Below, piece by piece: positions 55,885 to 64,000 of a stretch of DNA of 64,000 nt. The stretch covers positions 384,001 to 448,000 of the forward strand of contig CAVQNT010000002.1 of the NCBI GenBank assembly GCA_963714275.1, in the 5' to 3' direction. The DNA comes from Candidatus Bathyarchaeota archaeon. GTDB lineage: Archaea; Thermoproteota; Bathyarchaeia; Bathyarchaeales; DTEX01. The position numbers were made by a program, and so were the translations under genes. The number at the start of each line of letters is the position of its first letter. Within the stretch, counting starts at the first letter, position 1. The notes beneath the pieces are model-generated. The model worked only from the letters and a program-made list of their open reading frames with translations, did not search any database and was not told the DNA's origin.

Positions 55885-56508
55885 TTAAACTCCGTCTTTC
55901 TCTGTCTTCAGCTCAATGAAGATCCTATTCAGCAATTTTGTGAATTCAGGACTTTCATGCAGACGGATATTCATCAAAAGTTGCAACAGAAGCCTTTGAG
56001 ACGGACGGCTTGCTTGAATGGGCATCTTCTGTTCAGAGATCAATCCTTCAAAAGTAACGCTTTCCAAGTTAGCATACTTCTCTATGAGCTTGAGGAGTCT
56101 TTCCTCTTTTTCCTTGGAGACAGCGTAACCAAAAACTTCTAGGCTCTTTACTACACTAAGGCAAATCTCCTTTGACCATTTGGCGATGTCTTCAGACCCG
56201 GGAACAAGTCCTTCACTTAAAGTATAGGAAATGATGAAATCCTTCGCTGTTGCTTGATAAAATTTTTCAATCAGATTGCCCTTAACAGCAGTTCTGTTCT
56301 GTTCGACCAAGCCAGCTTGTTCTAAGGCATTAAGATGGTATGAGATTGATGAGACATTTTTATCAAGCGCCTTCGCCAGCTGACATGCCGTCATCTCTCT
56401 GAATCTTAGATTGTGCAGTATGTCCCTTCGAACCGGGTCAGCGAACAGCTTCGCAACGTCGGGGTCTTTGATTATTGTGAAGTCTTTCATGGCACCATTT
56501 CCCGCCAA
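55885..56508 (-). CDS. ArsR-family HTH regulator
   Basis: ADPVRRDIL...QLA...SYHL..LE.AGLV...EKFY. Confidence 0.88.
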   Translation of the reverse strand: MAGNGAMKDFTIIKDPDVAKLFADPVRRDILHNLRFREMTACQLAKALDKNVSSISYHLNALEQAGLVEQNRTAVKGNLIEKFYQATAKDFIISYTLSEGLVPGSEDIAKWSKEICLSVVKSLEVFGYAVSKEKEERLLKLIEKYANLESVTFEGLISEQKMPIQASRPSQRLLLQLLMNIRLHESPEFTKLLNRIFIELKTEKDGV

Positions 56509-56660
56509 CTAATGAATTAGAGCGGTACATAAAAATGTCACGGTAGAATTTTATATAAAAATTTTTAAGAATTCTGAGGTATACCATTCTTTCCGTGAAA
56601 TCCAGGTCTGAAAAAAGGTAAATAATATGAAAGATAATTAATAATATAAGTTTCAAGGGG

Positions 56661-58122
56661 TTGAAAGTGTTGACTGGGAAAAATTTTAAACTAATCTCAA
56701 CTGCCACAATTTTCTTGACTTTATTGGCGTCATTTTGTGTCCCCCAGATTCCCTCTGTTGCATCCGTCGACGAGTACACTTACTACGGTGCCATTCCATC
56801 AAAAATCTACCAATATGTAGATGTTGACACGTCAAATCTTTCCCGTGGGTATGGGCTTGATGCTCTAACAGTAAGAACAAGAGTCTTGATTGCCATCACT
56901 GCGACAAAAAACGATACGCATGTGCGTGTTTACAGCTTAAACAATGGCAGACTTAGTCTCCGAGGTCAATTTGGATGCCATGCAGAAGCATTTTGTGTTT
57001 TTTCCTAACGCGTCCATATTCAAAGTGGTAACAGACAAATATGCTTCTGTCATGCTTCTTAGTTACCAAGAAATACCTGTTCCAGGTCCAGACGCGTTAG
57101 GTCCAGTGCCGACCACCTTTCACGCTGGCACAGACGGCGCGTACGTTGGAAAAGAATTCATTTTTATGGCTTCGTGGAATGCACGGTCTAATTCGTGGCA
57201 ATCCTACAGAATATTCGCTTTAGAAAAAGCGGATGTCACAGTAACCAGAGAAGATAGTATCCGGGAAGACTACTCGCTTGAGATCAATTCGTTCAAGGAC
57301 CTTTCGTTATCAACCTTTATGTCCTACAGGATTGAGTCAACAGGCAACATCATGATTGAATCGAAGGGCAGACAAGCCCGAGGCGATCCGCGACGTTACT
57401 ATTTCGTGCCCTCTGCTGAGGGAGGGTTCGTGGGCAAAGTCTTCTACGCAGCCTCGACAACAGACTGGGACGCTGAAGAGGACTACGGATTCCGAGTTTC
57501 CGCCGCGCAAGACATTACGGTAACAATTTGGAACCTGCAGACCAAGGAAAAACTCATGGAATTTGCTGTTAAGGGAGGAGAGGGAGTAGGCGTCATGCCG
57601 AAGGCGGATGCAATTCTGGTGCAAAGCATCGAGCCGGTCACGCTGGCGTACGTTCATAATGGCAGTTTATTGAGAACAATTTATCCGGGACGTGCCTATG
57701 GCTCAGGAATCGCATATATCGGAGTAAAGCCGAACGAGGAAACAGTGTTTTTTCTCCCCACAAACTCCACTTGCGAGGCTTATGTCTTCGCTGATGAACG
57801 GGCAGCGGTCACTTTGGATGATGCTCCAGTCACGATTGAAGCTGGCTCATACCACTTAATTACGACTGCAGGAACGCACAGAATCATGTCTGACACGAAC
57901 GTTGTTGTCGAAGTGATCCATTGGCCACTGAATCCTCCGTATCAAGGTCTCAATTTCGAGGGAGTGGAGATACCATGTGTTCAAACTGTCGGTGTAGTGC
58001 CAGATGTGACTTTGACTCCCTTAGGTGAAGCCTTACCTTTCACCTACATAGTTATTGCAGGAGCTGCTGGCGTTGCTGCCGCGATTATAGGATTATTTTT
58101 ATTGAAACATCGCAGAAAGTAA
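56661..58122 (+). CDS. Secreted, C-terminally anchored beta-rich protein (IgGFc-binding-like; frameshifted)
   Basis: N-terminal signal, repeated GKEF/GKVF...I-A...T-V units, C-terminal TM plus KHRRK. Confidence 0.6.
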
Positions 58123-58285
58123 TCACGTAAAAGTCTCGTTACGAGGTTCACATCATAAAAAAGGTATTCGGTGGACTAAATTGCACAAAAACGTTTCTTT
58201 TGTTGATGAGAGGGAGGAAAAAGGGAAGGCTTTTTGTTCGTAGTTTATTATATTATCGGGATGATTTATTACAATCGTTGATTTA

Positions 58286-58651
58286 TTGCACAAAAGGCTT
58301 CGGAACATGGACAACGAAACAAAAAAAATTGCACTTGACCGAGTAAAGATTCTTTTTCAACTAGCCCATGCGAACATGCACGATAGACCCGACCTTGCCC
58401 AAAGATACGTTGACATAGCCAGAAAAATTTCCATGAGGACGAGGCTTCATCTCCCCCCAGAATACCGTACCCAAATCTGTAAGCACTGCAAAAAGTTTAT
58501 TTTACCCGGTACTAACTCTCGAGTTCGTATCCAAACCCGAAAAGAACCTCACGTCGTAGTAACTTGTCTCTGTTGTGGAGGAAAAATGAGAATTCCGATA
58601 AAAGGAAAGAAGCAAGATGAACAAACGATTTGCCGCCAAAATGAGTCATAA
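58286..58651 (+). CDS. rnp4: RNase P subunit Rpp21
   Basis: IALDRV..LF, CKHC, CLCCG. Confidence 0.93.
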   Translation: MHKRLRNMDNETKKIALDRVKILFQLAHANMHDRPDLAQRYVDIARKISMRTRLHLPPEYRTQICKHCKKFILPGTNSRVRIQTRKEPHVVVTCLCCGGKMRIPIKGKKQDEQTICRQNES

Positions 58652-58937
58652 CAAACAAAGCTCCGAGAAGCCTGTCGTAATAATCGGAAAAAAGGGTCCG
58701 ACAGACCTTTCGATAAACGAAATTTTAAAGAACCTTAACCGAAGAAAGGTTGTGAAGGTCAAGATTCTCAAGTCAGCCCTCTCGGACACCAGCACAAGCG
58801 ACATAGCTCACAAGATTTCGGACGCAACAGGCGCCAGAATAGTGGAGATACGCGGGCACACTTTCACGCTTTATTTGCCGAAGAAAAACCGAAAAGGTAT
58901 TTATAATACGCCTTTAAAATACTCAGAGGAACATTAG
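58617..58937 (+). CDS. YhbY/CRM RNA-binding protein
   Basis: PVVIIGKKG...VKVKILK...RGHTFTLY. Confidence 0.9.
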   Translation: MNKRFAAKMSHNKQSSEKPVVIIGKKGPTDLSINEILKNLNRRKVVKVKILKSALSDTSTSDIAHKISDATGARIVEIRGHTFTLYLPKKNRKGIYNTPLKYSEEH

Positions 58938-58954
58938 AACAGGAAAGGAAAGAA

Positions 58955-59410
58955 ATGCCGACACCTTACGATGTTCCATCCTCTTCGCTGATTGCGAAGC
59001 TCGCCCAACACTTAAAGAACAACGTGGACAGCGTTAAGCCTCCAAGCTGGGCGCCATTCACGAAAACCGGGGCACACGTGCAAAGGGTCCCTGACAATCC
59101 AGACTGGTGGTTTGTCCGGAGCGCTTCGCTTCTAAGAAAAGTTTACTTGAAAGGACCGATAGGGTTGGAGCATCTCAAGTCCGATTATGGCGGTAGGAAA
59201 GACCGCGGTTCCAGACCTGAACATACGAGGAAAGGCAGCGGAGCGATTGTTCGGAATGCTCTGAAGCAGCTTGAGGAAGCAGGGCTTGTTTCGACAATGA
59301 AGGCAAAAGGACGAGTCGTTACTCCTGAAGGTAGAAAGATGCTTGACTTGCTTTCCACCGAAATAAAAAAGGAAATGGAGAAAGCGAATCCTGAACTGAA
59401 AAAGTATTGA
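58955..59410 (+). CDS. rps19e: 30S ribosomal protein S19e
   Basis: PPSWA..KTG, WWFVRSAS.LRK, YGGRK. Confidence 0.97.
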   Translation: MPTPYDVPSSSLIAKLAQHLKNNVDSVKPPSWAPFTKTGAHVQRVPDNPDWWFVRSASLLRKVYLKGPIGLEHLKSDYGGRKDRGSRPEHTRKGSGAIVRNALKQLEEAGLVSTMKAKGRVVTPEGRKMLDLLSTEIKKEMEKANPELKKY

Positions 59411-59424
59411 GTCGGAGACCGTTT

Positions 59425-59758
59425 ATGAGCGAAGATGATGAGCTTGAGGAGCTGCGTAGACGCAGAGCCTTGGAACTTCAAAAAAATTTGGCTCAGGACC
59501 AGCAGCAATCTGACGCTGAAAAAAGGCTTGAGGCTCAGAAACAGGTTTTAATGCGTAGGATTTTGACTCAGGAAGCTCAGGCAGAGACTCACAAACCTTA
59601 AGATGGTTAAGCCTGAGTTTGCCTCGCAGCTTGAGCTCCAGTTGATTCAGATCGCTCAGCAGGGAAAAATTGGGCTACCAATTGACGACGAACAACTCAA
59701 AGAAATCCTTCAGAAGCTCCAAAGTGACCGAAAGGAAATAAAAATCAGGAGAGTTTGA
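59425..59758 (+). CDS. PDCD5/TFAR19 DNA-binding protein (frameshifted)
   Basis: [11 protein letters not shown]...[20 protein letters not shown]. Confidence 0.92.
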
Positions 59759-59760
59759 AC

Positions 59761-59916
59761 TTGGCAAGATACAAACCTACAGCGAAGAAGCGGAGACTGA
59801 TAAAGGCTGGAAAAGAAAGCAAACCCGTCCCATCATGGGTTGTGGTAAAAACCAAAGGGAAGGTTAAGTTTAACCCAAGGAGAAGGCACTGGCGTCGAAC
59901 CAGACTGAAAGCGTGA
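59761..59916 (+). CDS. rpl39e: 50S ribosomal protein L39e
   Basis: TTG start; [13 protein letters not shown]...PVPSWV...[12 protein letters not shown]; not in ORF track. Confidence 0.93.
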   Translation: MARYKPTAKKRRLIKAGKESKPVPSWVVVKTKGKVKFNPRRRHWRRTRLKA

Positions 59917-59921
59917 GGTGA

Positions 59922-60387
59922 ATGTCATTGAATGCTCAAGAAAGCGAAGTTGTATTGAAAGAAGAAACTGTTGACGAAGAAAACATCGAAAAAACAACTG
60001 AAGTTGCTGTTGAAGAAGAGAAAGCCGAAGAGGTTACTGAAGAGGTCGTTAAGGAAAAAGAGCAAGCTGAAAGAGGAGAAGCCATCTCTAAAGAAGAAAG
60101 AGAAAAAAGAAAAGGAAGAAGAGGATATAGTTGAGGAACGCATCTACACGGTTCCGCTTAGCAAAGCGTGGATTTCGCCGCGGACAAGGCATTCCCCAAG
60201 AGCCATAAGGATTCTTAAAAGCTTCGTCATGAAGCACATGAAAATTGACGATGACTCAATAAAGATCACGAATGAGGTTAATGAGAAAATCTGGGCCAGG
60301 GGCATTCAGAAACCGCCCAGAAAAATTAAGGTTCGCGTTACGAAGGATTCTGAAGGCATCGTGACTGTTCATCTTGCAGGAGACTGA
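59922..60387 (+). CDS. rpl31e: 50S ribosomal protein L31e with acidic N-terminal extension (frameshifted)
   Basis: ERIYTVPL, NEKIWARGIQKPPRKIKV. Confidence 0.93.
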
Positions 60388-60389
60388 GC

Positions 60390-61061
60390 TTGCCCATTTA
60401 CCTTTTTGACACCTTCGGCAGTCCATGCATAGGCATCTTTATGCGTGTTACAGAGGAGTTTTTGATTGTGCCAAACCAGATTCCTGAAATCAAGGTGAAG
60501 AAGCTGGAAGACTGGTTCAAAATTAGGATTGCCAAGGTAAACATTGGCGGTTCGGTTCTACTCGGTCCCTTGATTTGTGCTAACTCGAACGGGCTTATTC
60601 TTCCCAAGTATGTTTTGGATGAGGAAGTTGAGTCTCTGAAGACTTTAGGAGACATAAACATAACAATTGCCCAAACGAAAAAAACTGCTTACGGAAACCT
60701 CGTATTAACCAATGATCATGGCGCAATCGCTGATCCGCGGTTGAGAAAAGAAGAGTTGAACATGGTCTCAGACACGCTGGGGGTCGAAGTCGTACAGGGA
60801 CAGGTCGCAGAGTTGCCTTACGTTGGTTCATTGAATACTGTGACGAATAAAGGGGTCATGACTCATCCGTTGATTAAGCCCGAGGAAGAAGCATTGTTGG
60901 AGGAAGTACTCAAGGTTCCAGTTGAAGCTGGCACGATTAACTGCGGTATACCTTATATAGCCACTGGGCTTATAGGAAACAGCAAAGTTGCGGTTGCTGG
61001 TTCTGGAACCACGGGACCGGAGCTTTTCATGATTGGTCAAGCTTTAGGTGTGGCTGATTAA
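60390..61061 (+). CDS. eif6: Translation initiation factor 6
   Basis: ANSNG, GNLVLTND.GA, GTINCG, TTGPEL. Confidence 0.95.
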   Translation: MPIYLFDTFGSPCIGIFMRVTEEFLIVPNQIPEIKVKKLEDWFKIRIAKVNIGGSVLLGPLICANSNGLILPKYVLDEEVESLKTLGDINITIAQTKKTAYGNLVLTNDHGAIADPRLRKEELNMVSDTLGVEVVQGQVAELPYVGSLNTVTNKGVMTHPLIKPEEEALLEEVLKVPVEAGTINCGIPYIATGLIGNSKVAVAGSGTTGPELFMIGQALGVAD

Positions 61062-61062
61062 G

Positions 61063-61266
61063 ATGAGTGAAGTGAAGACATTCAGAGTGTCTGGAAGAAT
61101 TACGAAGCCAAACTTTAGAACCAACTTCAGCAAAGAGCTCAGAGCCATGAAGCCTGAGGACGCTGTTGAAGAAGTCTACAAAACCTTGGGAAGCAAACAC
61201 AGGGTTAAACGCTTCTACATCAAGGTCGAAAAGGTCGAGGAAGTCAGTTCCGAGGAGCCAACATAA
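61063..61266 (+). CDS. rplX: 50S ribosomal protein LX (L18a)
   Basis: FSKELRA...YKTLGSKHRVKR. Confidence 0.92.
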   Translation: MSEVKTFRVSGRITKPNFRTNFSKELRAMKPEDAVEEVYKTLGSKHRVKRFYIKVEKVEEVSSEEPT

Positions 61267-61268
61267 GA

Positions 61269-61738
61269 ATGAGTATCAGAGAACAGGCGAAAGACGCCGA
61301 ACCGCTGTCTTCAGACGAAGAAATGAGGAAGCTCGCTGTTGAACTAAGACTCTTAGAAAGCACAGACTGAATCATTGCAGTCAAGAATAAACTTCCTGAA
61401 CGCCGCTTGGGCTGAATTAAGTCTTTCCAAGAATACTCTAGAGGGATTAGAAAAGGAAAAGACTAACGCTCCCCTTTTTGTCCCAATAGGCGGCGGATCT
61501 TACGTTAAAGCAAAGCTGGGCGCAGTCGACAACGTGGTTTATGGCGTCGGTGCAGGCGTAGTCTATCGAAAAGACGTTGAAGGAAGCAAAGCAAGGCGTG
61601 GAAAACCGTCTGTCCGACCTTGAGAAGGCTAGGCTGTCCATGGAGCAGCAGCTTTCGCAGGTTCTAAACAGAATTCAGGAGGACCAAGACAGGTTCCAGG
61701 AGCTCTCAGCTGACCTTAGAAAGCGCGAGAGAAGCTAG
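61269..61738 (+). CDS. pfdA: Prefoldin alpha (frameshifted)
   Basis: FVPIGGGSYVKA...VGAGV; synteny. Confidence 0.92.
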
Positions 61739-61739
61739 A

Positions 61740-62651
61740 ATGTTCGAGAAGCTCAAGAAAAGCGTCAGTGGACTGGTTAACAAGATTTCGGAGACTGAGC
61801 TTAAACCCGAAAGCCTTCGTTCTATACTGTGGGATTTTAAGTTAAACCTCGTCGAGAACGATGTCGCCATGGTTGTTGCTGACCACATCTGCGAAGAAAT
61901 AGAGAAAAGGCTCACTGGACTGAAAGTGAACAGGCTTGGTGACAAGAAAAACGTTGTGAAGGAAACGTTGCAGGCTGTTTTACGCGAGACTCTTGAGCCA
62001 CAGCAACAAGCTGACCTTTTGCAGGTCCTTGAAAACAAACGCAAGTCGAAGGAGCCATGCGCCATAGTCTTTGTCGGCATAAACGGCACGGGAAAGACGA
62101 CGACAATCGCCAAGGTTGCCCAGCTTCTTCAGAAAAAAAAGTACTCGGTGGTTCTGGCAGGCGCTGACACCTTCAGGGCAGGCGCCATTGAGCAGCTAGA
62201 AATCCACGCGAAACGTTTGGGAATCCACCTCATCAAACACCAGTATGGAGCAGACGCAGCCGCTGTTGCCTTTGACGCTGTCCAGTATGCTAAGGCTCAC
62301 GGCGTGAACGCGGTCCTGATTGACACTGCGGGGAGGATGCAGACCAACAAGAACCTTCTCGCCGAGATGGAGAAAATTATTCGCGTTGTTAAGCCGGACT
62401 TGGTCTTGTTTGTGGGGGATGCTTTGGCTGGGAACGACGCGGTTTCTCAAGCTGAAGAGTTCAACAAGTCGGTGCGGATTGACGGTTCAGTCTTGACCAA
62501 GATTGACGCTGACGCGAAGGGCGGCGCAGCGGTGTCCATAACGTACGTGACGAAGAAGCCAATACTTTACGTTGGAACCGGGCAAACGTATGATGACTTG
62601 GAACCCTTTAAACCAGAAGCCATTGTTGACCGCATTTTAGCCACATCCTAG
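61740..62651 (+). CDS. ftsY: SRP receptor FtsY
   Basis: GINGTGKTTTIAK, DTFRAGA, DTAGR, TKID. Confidence 0.97.
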   Translation: MFEKLKKSVSGLVNKISETELKPESLRSILWDFKLNLVENDVAMVVADHICEEIEKRLTGLKVNRLGDKKNVVKETLQAVLRETLEPQQQADLLQVLENKRKSKEPCAIVFVGINGTGKTTTIAKVAQLLQKKKYSVVLAGADTFRAGAIEQLEIHAKRLGIHLIKHQYGADAAAVAFDAVQYAKAHGVNAVLIDTAGRMQTNKNLLAEMEKIIRVVKPDLVLFVGDALAGNDAVSQAEEFNKSVRIDGSVLTKIDADAKGGAAVSITYVTKKPILYVGTGQTYDDLEPFKPEAIVDRILATS

Positions 62652-62781
62652 AAACAAAGTCGGAGCTTACACTTTTCTTTTCGATTACTAATTCTTCTTA
62701 AATCGGGAAGTATGTTTTTTACATTAGGTTTAAGAATTAAACTTCATAATTCAATACTGCAATTCATGGAAAACTGGTCAG

Positions 62782-63222
62782 GTGTGTCTCATGTGTCCGG
62801 AGCTGACTTTAAGTGACGAGATCGTTCGGCTTGTGGAGCATCGCATGAAAAGTACTCTTGATGGTATAGAAGAAACGCTTGAACGAATATTTGCCAGCCA
62901 TGAGATAAGCTGGGACGAACTGAAGGAAGCCGTGCATGAGCTTGAGGAAAGCTTCAGCATGCTTTCGGAGAAGTGGAACCTTCAAATACTTTTCATACTA
63001 TTCCTCAGAACACGGCGGGTTTTAGCAACCTAAAAAAAGTTCTCAACGTAAACTCGCGCACGCTTTCTGACAAACTAAAAAGCCTACAAGAAAGCAGGCT
63101 ATATCAAAAGAACAATAGACGAAGGACCACCACTGAGGGTCAAATACTCGCTTACGGCGCAGGGACGAAACGTAATCCTGCTTGCGCTACCCTTATTATA
63201 TTATAACAAAACCCATCAATGA
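62782..63222 (+). CDS. HxlR-family winged-helix regulator (frameshifted)
   Basis: KW..IL, FSNLKK..NSRTLSDKLK.L, PPLRVKYSLT. Confidence 0.85.
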
Positions 63223-63637
63223 GCATGTCACAGGTCATGTATAAAAAACTAAAATTATAAAATGATAAAGGTCACGCATTAAAAACGAATAAATTCAAGT
63301 AGACTACGGTTTGTTTCACAGAAAGGAAAAACTTCGCACTTCACCGAAAAGACGGGGGTTGCGCCCCAAAACAACAGAACAGGTGCGCCGCAAAATAGAA
63401 CAGGTCTTCACAGACGACGGTTATTATTATGCAAACGGAAAATTCTAATGCCACACAAAACAGATAGCCTTCAGAAAATAGCGTTGGTCGTTCAAACAGC
63501 AAAACCTGATGATGAACAAAACAGAGCCCCTATTTTTTCTGTGAGCTTTTCAAGAAGACATAAATAAGCTGAGACTTCCCATTTCAATGTGTCCAACAAA
63601 ACATTAAGTCACAGCAATGGCGAGGAGCCACAAAAAA

Positions 63638-64000
63638 ATGAAACTTCAAAAGGGCAAGATTCCGCCTGAAACCCTAAAAAAAGCCGTATTTCGGTATCTC
63701 GGCGCAAAAAATTCAGATGTAATCTTAGGACCAGCTCTAGGAGTAGATGGCGCATTAGTAAAAGTAGGCGACAAGGTTCTCATTTCCTCCATGGACCCCA
63801 TAACAGGCGCTGAACAAAAAATAGGCTGGCTCGCAGTAAATGTAAACGCCAACGATGTCGCAACCTTCGGCGTTCAACCCGCATTCTTCACATCGTGCCT
63901 TCTAATGCCCGAAAAATCGTCTGAAAAGACAGTTGAAAAGATCTGCCGGCAAATCGATTCAGCAGCAAAAAAGTCTCGGAATAGCCATCATAGGCGGACA
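63638..64000 (+). CDS. AIR synthase-related (HypE/ThiL-like) protein, partial
   Basis: GKIPPE...GVDGA...DPITGA...NANDVATFG, read manually. Confidence 0.85.
   Translation, partial: MKLQKGKIPPETLKKAVFRYLGAKNSDVILGPALGVDGALVKVGDKVLISSMDPITGAEQKIGWLAVNVNANDVATFGVQPAFFTSCLLMPEKSSEKTVEKICRQIDSAAKKSRNSHHRRT

Overview
This is an archaeal window. The gene content (exosome/proteasome superoperon, S19e-L39e-L31e-eIF6-LX-prefoldin-FtsY cluster) and the integrase type suggest Bathyarchaeia, which is an inference. Many genes, including essential ones, carry single-base frameshifts, most simply explained by unpolished long-read indels. There are three parts. (1) 1-43 kb is an accessory island of short, mixed-orientation modules: redox/oxidative stress, iron and phosphate uptake, a P-type ATPase, AbiV-, HEPN- and PD-(D/E)XK-like genes, a PNGase-like surface protein and gene fragments. 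(2) 43.0-47.7 kb is an integrated element: RHH regulator, small ORFs, a P-loop replication protein with an internal long inverted repeat, and a Zn-ribbon tyrosine recombinase. No tRNA target is visible. (3) 47.8-64 kb is core housekeeping operons interrupted by an ABC/ArsR/surface-protein block. The most unusual signals follow. Six hairpins at 40.6-43.0 kb differ in sequence but keep their base-pairing, and five sit at the same position in decayed copies of one reading frame; one loop is flipped relative to its flanks. Short CTAG/AGCT stop-codon-rich motifs recur at about 25 module junctions, and some coincide with gene truncation points. Three TTAAAWTTTAA sites include one that looks like a hybrid of the other two. 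Two orphan 3' ends of a probable Cas1-solo gene are present. Together these suggest an undescribed recombinase-linked gene capture/shuffling hotspot, which remains a hypothesis.
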